A DNA stretch of 32,000 nt from Mycobacterium kansasii ATCC 12478 (GTDB lineage Bacteria > Actinomycetota > Actinomycetes > Mycobacteriales > Mycobacteriaceae): contig NC_022663.1 in the NCBI RefSeq assembly GCF_000157895.3, positions 1,147,465-1,179,464 of the forward strand. Direction: 5' to 3'. How positions within the stretch are numbered: the first letter of the stretch is position 1; each line of letters starts with the position of its first letter. Below are positions 18,747 through 26,916 of this stretch, in pieces. The position numbers and the translations under genes are program-made. Below the pieces are notes generated by a model. That model ran no database searches and was not told where the DNA came from. It saw only the letters and a list, made by a program, of their open reading frames with translations.

Positions 18747-19799
18747 GTGTCTGTGGATAACATGGCGCCCAGGCCGGACCAGCCCACAGCGTTGCTGAAG
18801 GAGTCCATGACCCGGCGGTTCTACACCCGCTCCCAGGTCACCGGCGAGATCACGTTGCCGGCCGTGCCGGGCATGATCGACGAATACGTGGCGATGTGCG
18901 CCAAGCTCTTCGCCACCGTGGGCCGGCAGTTTTCCGACGACGAACTTGCCCATGTCAGAAAGGTCCTCGAGGCCCAATTGGCCGAGGCGTACGCCGCCTC
19001 GCATCGCTCGAACATCATCATCTCGTTCAATGCTCCGATCGGCCCCACCCTGCACTACCAGGTGCGCGCCCATTGGCGAACCGTGGCCCAGGAATACGAG
19101 AACTGGATCAGCACCCGCGAGCCCCCGCTGTTCGGGACCGAGCCTGACGCACGGGTGTGGGCGCTGGCCAACGAAGCGGCCGAACCCCGCACTGTCCGGG
19201 TGCTCGAGATCGGGGCGGGAACCGGCCGAAACACCCTTGCCCTGGCGCGGCGCGGACATCCGGTCGACGTGGTGGAAATGACCCCGAAGTTCGCCGACAT
19301 CATCCGGTGCGACGCCGAACGGGAATCCCTCGACGTGCGGGTCATCGTGCGGGATGTCTTTTCGAGCATGGACGAGCTGCGGCGCGACTACCAGCTGATT
19401 GTGCTCTCCGAAGTGGTATCTGATTTCCGGACGACACAGCAGTTGCGCGGCCTGTTCGAACTGGCGGCACAGTGCCTGGTTCCCGGCGGCCGCTTGGTGT
19501 TCAACGCATTCCTGACCGACCCGGACTACATCCTCGACGAGGCCACCCGGGAGTTCGGGCAACAGGTGTACACGAGCATCTTCACCCGACCCGAGATGGC
19601 GGCTGCCGCAGGCGGACTTCCGCTGGAGCTCGTCGGAGACGACTCCGTCTACGACTACGAGAAGGCGCACCTGCCCCCGGGCGCCTGGCCGCCCACCAGC
19701 TGGTATGCCGACTGGGTCAGCGGCCTCGACGTGTTCCCCGTCGAGCGGGAGACGAGCCCGATCACGATGCGCTGGCTCGTCTTCCGCAAAACCCGCTGA
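18747..19799 (+). CDS. class I SAM-dependent methyltransferase (Rv2423-like)
   Basis: 350-aa ORF. The motif-I sequence is VLEIGAGTGRNTLALARRG, followed by an acidic residue after beta-2 (VDVVE). Candidate starts are GTG 18747, GTG 18753 or ATG 18762. Position relative to nadD and the VWA gene matches Rv2423. Confidence 0.85.
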   Translation: MSVDNMAPRPDQPTALLKESMTRRFYTRSQVTGEITLPAVPGMIDEYVAMCAKLFATVGRQFSDDELAHVRKVLEAQLAEAYAASHRSNIIISFNAPIGPTLHYQVRAHWRTVAQEYENWISTREPPLFGTEPDARVWALANEAAEPRTVRVLEIGAGTGRNTLALARRGHPVDVVEMTPKFADIIRCDAERESLDVRVIVRDVFSSMDELRRDYQLIVLSEVVSDFRTTQQLRGLFELAAQCLVPGGRLVFNAFLTDPDYILDEATREFGQQVYTSIFTRPEMAAAAGGLPLELVGDDSVYDYEKAHLPPGAWPPTSWYADWVSGLDVFPVERETSPITMRWLVFRKTR

Positions 19800-19805
19800 G
19801 CCGGG

Positions 19806-21245
19806 TCACACCGGCAGCAGCTGGTCGATCACTTCGGCCAGCTGTTTGGCCGAGCGGCATTCGTGCATGGCGATCACTTCCTGATAGCGCGGCACTGCCG
19901 AGTCGCCGCTGCCCCACAGGTGTTTGGGCTCGGGGTTGAGCCAGTGCGCGTGGCGGCTCGCGGTGACCATGTCGGCCAGCACGTCGACGGCCGGGTTGCG
20001 GTAGTTGGTGCGGCCGTCGCCGAGTACCAGCAGTGAGCTGCGCGGCGACAGCACGCTCGGGAACGCCTGTAGGAACGAGACGAACGCGTTGCCGTAGTCG
20101 GAATGGCCGTCGCGGGCATACACCCCGGCTTCGCGGGTGATCCGCTGAATAGCCACGGCCAGATCGGCTTCCGGGCCGAACATGTGGGTCACTTCGTCGG
20201 TGGTGTCGATGAAGGCGAACACCCGAACTCGGGAAAACTGTTGGCGCAGCGCATGGACCAGCAACAGCGTGAAGTGACTGAACCCGGCGACGGAACCGGA
20301 AACGTCGCACAGGACAACCAGTTCCGGACGGGCCGGGCGCGGTTTGCGCAGCACCACGTCGATCGGGACGCCGCCGGTGGACATCGACTTGCGCAGCGTC
20401 TTTCGCAGGTCGATCGATCCGGCGCGGGCCCGGCGCCGGCGTGCCGCCAGCCGGGTCGCCAGCGTGCGGGCCAGCGGGGCCACCACCCGGCGCATCTGTC
20501 GAAGTTGCTCACCGGAAGCGCGCAGGAACTCGACGTTCTCGGAAAGCTGCGGGATGCCGTACATCTGGACGTGGTCCCGGCCAAGCTGCTCGGCGGTACG
20601 TCGCTTGGTCTCCGCGTCGACCAACTTACGCAACTGTGCAATCCGTTGCGCTGCAAGCGCTTTGGCTATCTGCTCCTGGGTGGGGGTGGGCTCGTCGCCG
20701 TAGGGTGCCAGCAGCCCGGCCAGCAGCTTGCCCTCCAGTTCGTCCAGCGCCATCGCTTTGAGCGCCTGATACGACGAGAACGACGGGCCACGGCTGGAGC
20801 TGTATTTGCCGTAGGCCTCGACGATGCGCGCGATCATCGCCACCAGCCGTTCGTCCATATCGGCCAGGTCGGGGTTGTCGGTCAGCAGATCCAGCAGCAA
20901 CTGCCGCATCGCCTCGACGTCGTCGGGCGGCAGCGAACCGTCGTCGGCGGCGTCGTCCTCGGTGACCGCCGCGCGGGCGCCCAGTGCTGCGGGAAACCAC
21001 AGGTCGAACATCGCGTCGTAGGTCTCGCGGTGATCAGGGCGGCGCAGCACCGCGCACGCGATGCCCTCCCGCAACACGTCACGATCGCCCAGACCCAGGG
21101 TTGCCATCACCCGCCCGGCATCCACCGTTTCGGACGGACCCACCGAAATCCCAACGGCGCGAAGCGCTTCCACGAACCCGACCAGATGGCCGGGCAGCCC
21201 GTGCGGGGCGAGCGGCCGGGTGGGACGGATACGTCGGGTGGCCAT
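19806..21245 (-). CDS. VWA domain-containing protein (CoxE-like, MoxR partner)
   Basis: 479 aa, with ATG 21245 lying 13 nt after the MoxR stop and GAAGGGA upstream. The C-terminal VWA domain has the MIDAS motif LCDVSGSV. Position and size match Rv2425c. Confidence 0.88.
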   Translation of the reverse strand: MATRRIRPTRPLAPHGLPGHLVGFVEALRAVGISVGPSETVDAGRVMATLGLGDRDVLREGIACAVLRRPDHRETYDAMFDLWFPAALGARAAVTEDDAADDGSLPPDDVEAMRQLLLDLLTDNPDLADMDERLVAMIARIVEAYGKYSSSRGPSFSSYQALKAMALDELEGKLLAGLLAPYGDEPTPTQEQIAKALAAQRIAQLRKLVDAETKRRTAEQLGRDHVQMYGIPQLSENVEFLRASGEQLRQMRRVVAPLARTLATRLAARRRRARAGSIDLRKTLRKSMSTGGVPIDVVLRKPRPARPELVVLCDVSGSVAGFSHFTLLLVHALRQQFSRVRVFAFIDTTDEVTHMFGPEADLAVAIQRITREAGVYARDGHSDYGNAFVSFLQAFPSVLSPRSSLLVLGDGRTNYRNPAVDVLADMVTASRHAHWLNPEPKHLWGSGDSAVPRYQEVIAMHECRSAKQLAEVIDQLLPV

Positions 21246-21258
21246 CGGTGCAGTCCCT

Positions 21259-22134
21259 TCAGTTGAGCCGCAGCTCGCCGGCCGCGCGTTGCTGGTCGGA
21301 TTGGTGTTTGAGCACGACGCCGAGCGTGGCGGCCACCACGGCGTCGTCGATGGTGTCCAGGCCCAGCGCCAGCACCGTCCGTCCCCAGTCGATGGTCTCG
21401 GCGATCGACGGCACCTTCTTGAGCTGCATGCCGCGCAGTACCCCGATAATGCGCACCAGCTCCTCGGCCAGGTGCCCGGGCAGCTCGGGAACCCGCGACA
21501 GCAGGATGCGTCGCTCCAGCTCGGGACTGGGGAAATCGATGTGCAGGAACAGGCAGCGACGCTTGAGTGCCTCGGACAGTTCGCGGGTGGCGTTGGAGGT
21601 CAGCACCACGAACGGCGCCCGCTCGGCGGTGAGCGTGCCCAGCTCGGGAACGGTCACCGCGAAGTCGGAGAGCACCTCCAGCAGCAGGCCTTCGATTTCG
21701 ATGTCGGCTTTGTCGGTTTCGTCGATCAGCAGCACCGTCGGATCGGTGCGCCGGATCGCCGTCAGCAACGGACGCTGCAGCAGGAACTCCTCGCTGAATA
21801 CGTCGTCCTTGGTGCTCTGCCAGTCGCCCGAGCCGGCCTGGATGCGCAGGATCTGCTTGGCATGGTTCCACTCGTAGAGGGCCCGTGCCTCGTCGACGCC
21901 CTCATAGCACTGCAGCCGGACCAGGCCGGATCCGGTGGCCTGGGCGACGGCACGCGCGAGTTCGGTTTTGCCGACGCCGGCCGGGCCTTCCACCAGTAGC
22001 GGCTTACCGAGCCGGTCGGCTAGGAAGACGGCCGTCGAGGTGGCGGTGTCGGGCAGGTAACCGGTCTCGGCCAGCCGCCGCGAGACGTCGGCGATGTCGG
22101 CGAATAGTGGCGTGGACCGAGCGGGTACCGTCAC
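21259..22134 (-). CDS. MoxR-family AAA+ ATPase
   Basis: 291 aa, with GTG 22134 preceded by AAGGAG. It has Walker A GPAGVGKTE, Walker B VLLIDETDKA and a sensor region. Size matches Rv2426c. Confidence 0.92.
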   Translation of the reverse strand: MTVPARSTPLFADIADVSRRLAETGYLPDTATSTAVFLADRLGKPLLVEGPAGVGKTELARAVAQATGSGLVRLQCYEGVDEARALYEWNHAKQILRIQAGSGDWQSTKDDVFSEEFLLQRPLLTAIRRTDPTVLLIDETDKADIEIEGLLLEVLSDFAVTVPELGTLTAERAPFVVLTSNATRELSEALKRRCLFLHIDFPSPELERRILLSRVPELPGHLAEELVRIIGVLRGMQLKKVPSIAETIDWGRTVLALGLDTIDDAVVAATLGVVLKHQSDQQRAAGELRLN

Positions 22135-22159
22135 AATCAGTTCTCCTTAACAGGGCCGG

Positions 22160-23473
22160 CTAGGCCGGACGAGTATGGCCGTCTCCCCACACGATCCACT
22201 TGGTCGAAGTCAATTCCGGCAGTCCCATCGGACCGCGGGCATGCAGTTTCTGGGTGGAGATACCGATCTCTGCGCCGAAGCCGAACTGCTCACCGTCGGT
22301 GAACGCCGTCGACGCGTTGACCATGACCGCGGCGGAATCGACCCGTTCGGTGAACCGTTGAGCCGCAGCAAGATTGGTGGTCACGATGGCTTCGGTGTGT
22401 CCGGTGCCGTACTCGTTGATGTGAGCGATCGCCGCGTCGACACCGTCGACCACGGCCACTGCGATCTCCATCGCCAGGTATTCCCGGCGCAGGTTGTCGT
22501 CGTCGGCTTTCTCATCAGCACAGAGGTGAACGGTGACGCCGGCGTCCTGCAGCGCCGCCAGTAGCCGGGGCAGTGCGTGATCGGCGATGTTCGCGTCGAC
22601 CAGCAGCGTCTCGGCCGCGTTGCAGACGCTGGGCCGACGGGTCTTGGAGTTCAGCAGCACCCGTTCGGCCACTTCCAGGTCGGCGGCTTCGTGGACGTAG
22701 ACGTGGCAGTTGCCCACACCGGTTTCGATGGTGGGCACCTGGGCGTCGCGAACCACGGCCTCGATCAGGCCCGCGCCCCCGCGCGGAATGGCCACGTCCA
22801 CCAGGCCGCGCGCCTGGATCAGGTGGGTGACGGTGGACCTGTCGGCGGATGGGAGCAGCTGTACCGCATCGACCGGCAGATCCTGGCCGGCCAGCGCCGT
22901 GCGCAACGCCGTGACCAGCGCTTCGTTGGACCTCGCGGCCGAGGAGCTACCGCGCAGCAACGCGGCGTTGCCCGACTTCAAGGTCAGGCCGAAGGCGTCG
23001 ACGGTGACGTTGGGCCGGCCCTCGTAGATCATCCCGACCACCCCGAGCGGGACGCGCTGCTGGCGCAGCTGCAGCCCGTTGGGCAGGGTGTAGCCGCGCA
23101 GCACCTCGCCGACCGGATCGGGTAGGCCCGCGACCTGGCGCAGACCGGCGGCGATACCGTCGATACGCTGCGGGTTCAGGGCAAGCCGGTCGAGCATCGC
23201 GGCGGGTGTGCCGGCGGCGCGCGCCGCATCGAGATCTTCGGCATTGGCAGCCAGAATCCGCTCGGCGCGCGACAAGATCTCGTCGGCTGCGGCATGCAAC
23301 GCGCGGTCTTTGACGGTCCTGGGCAACACGGCCAGCAGCCGGGCCGCCACCCGCGCCCGGCGGGCGGCGTCGTGCACCTGTCGACGGTAGTCCGGCTCTC
23401 GCTCCTGAGTTGTCCCCCGGGCCTGGGGGCGGGAGGTGCCCCCAGCGCTCGGGGACGGCGCTTGCACACTCAT
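22160..23473 (-). CDS. proA: gamma-glutamyl phosphate reductase
   Basis: Start placed at ATG 23473 (437 aa); the 99 upstream codons of the 536-aa track ORF are low-complexity, non-ProA sequence. From [13 protein letters not shown] through [38 protein letters not shown] and [12 protein letters not shown] to the end it is colinear with M. tuberculosis ProA. Confidence 0.93.
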   Translation of the reverse strand: MSVQAPSPSAGGTSRPQARGTTQEREPDYRRQVHDAARRARVAARLLAVLPRTVKDRALHAAADEILSRAERILAANAEDLDAARAAGTPAAMLDRLALNPQRIDGIAAGLRQVAGLPDPVGEVLRGYTLPNGLQLRQQRVPLGVVGMIYEGRPNVTVDAFGLTLKSGNAALLRGSSSAARSNEALVTALRTALAGQDLPVDAVQLLPSADRSTVTHLIQARGLVDVAIPRGGAGLIEAVVRDAQVPTIETGVGNCHVYVHEAADLEVAERVLLNSKTRRPSVCNAAETLLVDANIADHALPRLLAALQDAGVTVHLCADEKADDDNLRREYLAMEIAVAVVDGVDAAIAHINEYGTGHTEAIVTTNLAAAQRFTERVDSAAVMVNASTAFTDGEQFGFGAEIGISTQKLHARGPMGLPELTSTKWIVWGDGHTRPA

Positions 23474-23640
23474 TGCCCCAGCGTAACGGGCGTTAGACGA
23501 CCGGGTACGACGGCCCGGTTCCGGGGCGCCGCGAGCCAGGCCGGGAACGAACGGGCCGAAGCAGTTGAGAATTCGCCCGCCCAATCGCGTCGAGGCCGAG
23601 TGGGGCAAGATATTGCACCGCGGACGGCAGCGACTGGGAT

Positions 23641-23670
23641 CGTTCGGCGATAACCGAACGGCGGGTTCGG
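23641..23670. promoter_or_regulatory. candidate operator: perfect inverted repeat CGTTCGG-N6-CCGAACG plus a third GTTCGG half-site
   Basis: Read directly: 23641-23647 and 23654-23660 are reverse complements, and GTTCGG recurs at 23665-23670. The site lies in the 299-bp divergent proA/amidohydrolase intergenic region. There is no functional evidence. Confidence 0.2.
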
Positions 23671-23684
23671 CACAATGGGGCCTC

Positions 23685-23714
23685 TTGATCCGATGCGACT
23701 TGATCCGATGCGAC
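23685..23714. repeat. perfect 15-bp tandem duplication (TTGATCCGATGCGAC x2)
   Basis: Read directly: 23685-23699 equals 23700-23714. It lies 59 bp upstream of the amidohydrolase ATG. Confidence 0.9.
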
Positions 23715-23772
23715 CGAGTCGTGAGTGCTGGCGGAACGCGGCAGGCCGGGAAGACGGGAAAGGACCACATGC

Positions 23773-25485
23773 ATGCCTTCTGACGAAACGTTTTCCGGAA
23801 ACGGGCCGGCCAAGAAGCTCACGCACAAAGCATTCGAGAAAATCACCGTCTTCCCCGCGCGGGAGATCATCACCATGTGCGAGGCGATGCCGACGGCAAC
23901 GGCGGTGGCCGTGGGTGGCGGAAGGATCGTCGCCGTCGGAACGCTGGACAGCTTGCAACCGTGGCTCGACCGCTACGAGTACGAAATCGACGACCGGATG
24001 AGGGACAAGGTCCTGATGCCGGGCTTCATCGACCCGCACGTTCACCCGTCCTTGCCCGCCGTCTTGACTCAGTATCCGTTTCTGGCGCCCGACGACTGGA
24101 CCCTGCCGACCGGGAAGTTCCCCGGGGCGAAAACTCCGGAGTCTTACCTTGCCGGGCTCGACAAACTGGTTGCGGCACACCAGGATTGGACGCTGCCGTT
24201 CGTCACCTGGGGCTACCATCCGCTGTGGCACGGAAAACTCACCAAGTCCGACCTGACTCAGCGCTACGGCGACAAGCCGATCATCTTGTGGCATCGGTCG
24301 TTTCACGAGCTGTTCCTCAACGACGCCGCGCTCAACTGGACCGGGGTCACGTCAGAGCAGTTCAGCGGGCATCCGGACGCCAACTGGGAAGAAGGACACT
24401 TCTGGGAGAACGGGGCGCAGCTATTGAACGCGTCTCGGCTGGGCAGACTCCACTTCGATCCGGACCGTTATCGCAAGGGGATGCAGAACTTCCTGGAAAT
24501 GGTGCATATGGCCGGCGTGACCACGTGCCTGGACATGGGAGTTGGCATCTTCGGCGACCCGGTCGGCGAGACCAAACTGATCCGCGACACCGCGGAGTCG
24601 ACCCAGGCGCCCTGCCGCATCATTCTCACGCCCACCACGGCCGACTTCATCCCCCGCGGCGTCAACCCGGCAGCAGCGCTCGAGGCGGCCGAAGAGTGGG
24701 CAACGCACAACAGCCGGCGGGTGATGTTCGACCGTCACTTCAAGCTGCAGGCCGACGGCGCGATCTACAGCGGACTCTCCCAATGCGCCTTCCCGGGTTA
24801 TCTGGACGGCCACCAGGGCGTGTGGATGGCCCCGCCCGAGCTGCTATACAGCTACGCCGAACCATTCTGGAAGGCCGGCTACCAGCTGCACGCCCACATC
24901 AACGGTGACCTCAGTTCCGCAACCTATATTGACATCATCCGCAGGTTGCTGGACGTCAAGCCGCGCTTCGGCCATCGCGCCACGCTGGAGCACTATGCCT
25001 TCAACAGCGAGGACCAGTGCCGGCAAATGAACGAGATCGGCATGCTGGTCTCCTGCAACGCGTACTACCTGTACATGCTCAGCGACATCTTCAGCGAACA
25101 ATGGCTGGGTCCGGATCGCGGAACACAGATGGTGCGCATGGGGATGCTGGAGCGGATGGGTATGCCGTTCACCGTGCACTCCGACTGTCCGATGGCGCCG
25201 TTGTCGCCGCTCACCCTGGCCTGGGTGGCGGCCAACCGGGTGACGATCAACGGCAACCTGAACTGTCCGCAGGAGCGGGTCAGCCTGCACACCGCGCTCA
25301 AGGCGATCACCATCGACGCCGCCTGGATCCTGCGCAAAGAAGACGAGCTCGGCTCCATTCGCGCCGGCAAGAAAGCGGACTTCGCGGTGCTCGAGGAAAA
25401 CCCCTATGACGTTGGCGCCGAGGGCCTCAAGGACGTCGGCATCTGGGGCACGGTGTTCGAAGGAGAAGCGCATCCGCTCGGGTAA
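23773..25485 (+). CDS. metal-dependent amidohydrolase (amidohydrolase-3 / YtcJ-like)
   Basis: ATG 23773 is preceded by GGAAAGGA (23757-23764), giving 570 aa; the alternative start is GTG 23725. The N-terminus reads REIITM...[13 protein letters not shown], followed by the GFIDPHVHP HxH metal motif and later the HAHINGD and VHSDCP motifs. Confidence 0.85.
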   Translation: MPSDETFSGNGPAKKLTHKAFEKITVFPAREIITMCEAMPTATAVAVGGGRIVAVGTLDSLQPWLDRYEYEIDDRMRDKVLMPGFIDPHVHPSLPAVLTQYPFLAPDDWTLPTGKFPGAKTPESYLAGLDKLVAAHQDWTLPFVTWGYHPLWHGKLTKSDLTQRYGDKPIILWHRSFHELFLNDAALNWTGVTSEQFSGHPDANWEEGHFWENGAQLLNASRLGRLHFDPDRYRKGMQNFLEMVHMAGVTTCLDMGVGIFGDPVGETKLIRDTAESTQAPCRIILTPTTADFIPRGVNPAAALEAAEEWATHNSRRVMFDRHFKLQADGAIYSGLSQCAFPGYLDGHQGVWMAPPELLYSYAEPFWKAGYQLHAHINGDLSSATYIDIIRRLLDVKPRFGHRATLEHYAFNSEDQCRQMNEIGMLVSCNAYYLYMLSDIFSEQWLGPDRGTQMVRMGMLERMGMPFTVHSDCPMAPLSPLTLAWVAANRVTINGNLNCPQERVSLHTALKAITIDAAWILRKEDELGSIRAGKKADFAVLEENPYDVGAEGLKDVGIWGTVFEGEAHPLG

Positions 25486-25512
25486 GGGCATGCGGTTGGC
25501 ACGGCGGTCTCC

Positions 25513-26916
25513 TCAGTTGAACCATTCCCGATGCAGACTCTGGCGCACCTGGCTTTGTCGCTCTTCGAGAATGTGGCCGAAGTCCTGCAGCAGCAACGGT
25601 TGACGCATCACGAGATGCTCGACGTGCTCGCGACCGATCTCCACCGTGGTCACCTCATCGATCGCGTAGGCGTTGGAGAGATTGGGCTGCCGGGTCAGCG
25701 CGGTCAGACCCAGAAACCCGCCTTCTTCCAGGGTGGTGATCGGCACCACCGATCCGTCGTCGGCCGTTGCGGTCAGCCGCACCAGCCCGGTGACGACGAA
25801 CATCATCTCCACGGGCACCTCGCCCGCGCATTGCACGATTTCGCCGGCACCGTATCGCAGCAATCTCGCGTGCGACAGCAACGTCTGCTGGTCAGCGTCG
25901 TTGAGCCGCAATGCCGGTCCCACCACCGCTTTCAGGGCGTCCCGCAGGCGCTCGGTCGTCGAGAAGTCGTCGTCGGCGCCGTCGAGGTGTAGCTTTTCCC
26001 GCCGCGCGGCATACCAGATCCACCGCAGAAAAGTCGCTCGAGCGTCACTTTCGTCAGCCGGTGACCGCAAGCCGATCGTGGTGCAGTACTCGGCGCCGCC
26101 GAGCGGCTCGGAGGTGGGGATGAAACCGCTGTGGAGCTGCGGCAGCTCGGCGGCAATCCGCGACAGCAACGCACAAACCCGGTCGGGCGAGTCCGCGTCG
26201 GAAAATGTGGTCTTCATCGCCAGTTGGTAGCCGCCCGCCGGCCGGCTCAGATTGGTGAACGGCGTGCTGGCCAGCACCGAGTTCGGGGTGATCCGCAGGC
26301 CGCTGCCGGTGTCGATGTGGACGGCGCGCCAGTTCACCTCGACGATTCGTCCGCGCGCGGTGCTGGTGTCGAGCCAGTCGTCGATCTGAAAGGGCTGCTC
26401 GAACAACATGAACAGGCCGGACACGATCTGGCCGACGGAGTTCTGCAACATCAGGCCGATGACGACCGATGTCACACCCACGGCGGTGAACAGTCCGCCG
26501 ATCCGCACACCCCATACATAGGAGAGGATCACCGCCAGCCCGGCTCCGATGAGCACGAACCGGGCCACGTCCAGGAAGATCACCGGTAACCGCTTGCGCC
26601 ACGAACCTTGCGGCGCGGCGGCGAAGACGGTCGCATTGAGCCCGGATAACAGCAGCACCAGCACCAGGAAACCGAATACCGTGGTGAGAATCCGGACGGC
26701 GTTGTCGTGGGCCGGGACGCCCTCCGAATTCACGATGAGCAGCAGCAGCGCGCCCAGCGGCAGCAAGTAGTTGCGCAGCAGGCTGATCTGCCTGGCGAGA
26801 TGACTTCCTCTGCGGCGCAACGTGTGCTGCAACTCGGTGAGAATGACGATCAGGACCGGCAGTCCCAGCGCGACCGAGACCGCCCAATAGAACCACGAGG
26901 CACCGAAGATGTTCAT
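25513..26916 (-). CDS. MscS-type mechanosensitive channel fused to a C-terminal cyclic-nucleotide-binding-like domain (Rv2434c-like)
   Basis: ATG 26916 overlaps the cyclase stop (ATGA), giving 467 aa; the 58 upstream codons of the track ORF lie inside the cyclase gene. It has N-terminal TM helices and an MscS core (GLMLQNSVGQIVSGLFMLFEQPFQIDDWL..G.IVEVNWRAVHI.T..G..I.PNS). The C-terminal beta-roll GEIVQCAGEVPVEMMFVVTGLVRL..GGFLGLTAL resembles CAP-family cNMP-binding domains. Confidence 0.88.
   Translation of the reverse strand: MNIFGASWFYWAVSVALGLPVLIVILTELQHTLRRRGSHLARQISLLRNYLLPLGALLLLIVNSEGVPAHDNAVRILTTVFGFLVLVLLLSGLNATVFAAAPQGSWRKRLPVIFLDVARFVLIGAGLAVILSYVWGVRIGGLFTAVGVTSVVIGLMLQNSVGQIVSGLFMLFEQPFQIDDWLDTSTARGRIVEVNWRAVHIDTGSGLRITPNSVLASTPFTNLSRPAGGYQLAMKTTFSDADSPDRVCALLSRIAAELPQLHSGFIPTSEPLGGAEYCTTIGLRSPADESDARATFLRWIWYAARREKLHLDGADDDFSTTERLRDALKAVVGPALRLNDADQQTLLSHARLLRYGAGEIVQCAGEVPVEMMFVVTGLVRLTATADDGSVVPITTLEEGGFLGLTALTRQPNLSNAYAIDEVTTVEIGREHVEHLVMRQPLLLQDFGHILEERQSQVRQSLHREWFN

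Noticed and set aside
22160-23770. N-terminal extensions of track ORFs: proA at 536 aa, MscS at 525 aa, rsfS at 229 aa, eis at 437 aa, comEC at 765 aa, gpgP at 240 aa and octT at 282 aa.
   Set aside because: The extended parts overlap upstream genes or have non-coding codon usage. The internal starts reproduce orthologue lengths and give ATGA-type coupling or good RBS spacing.
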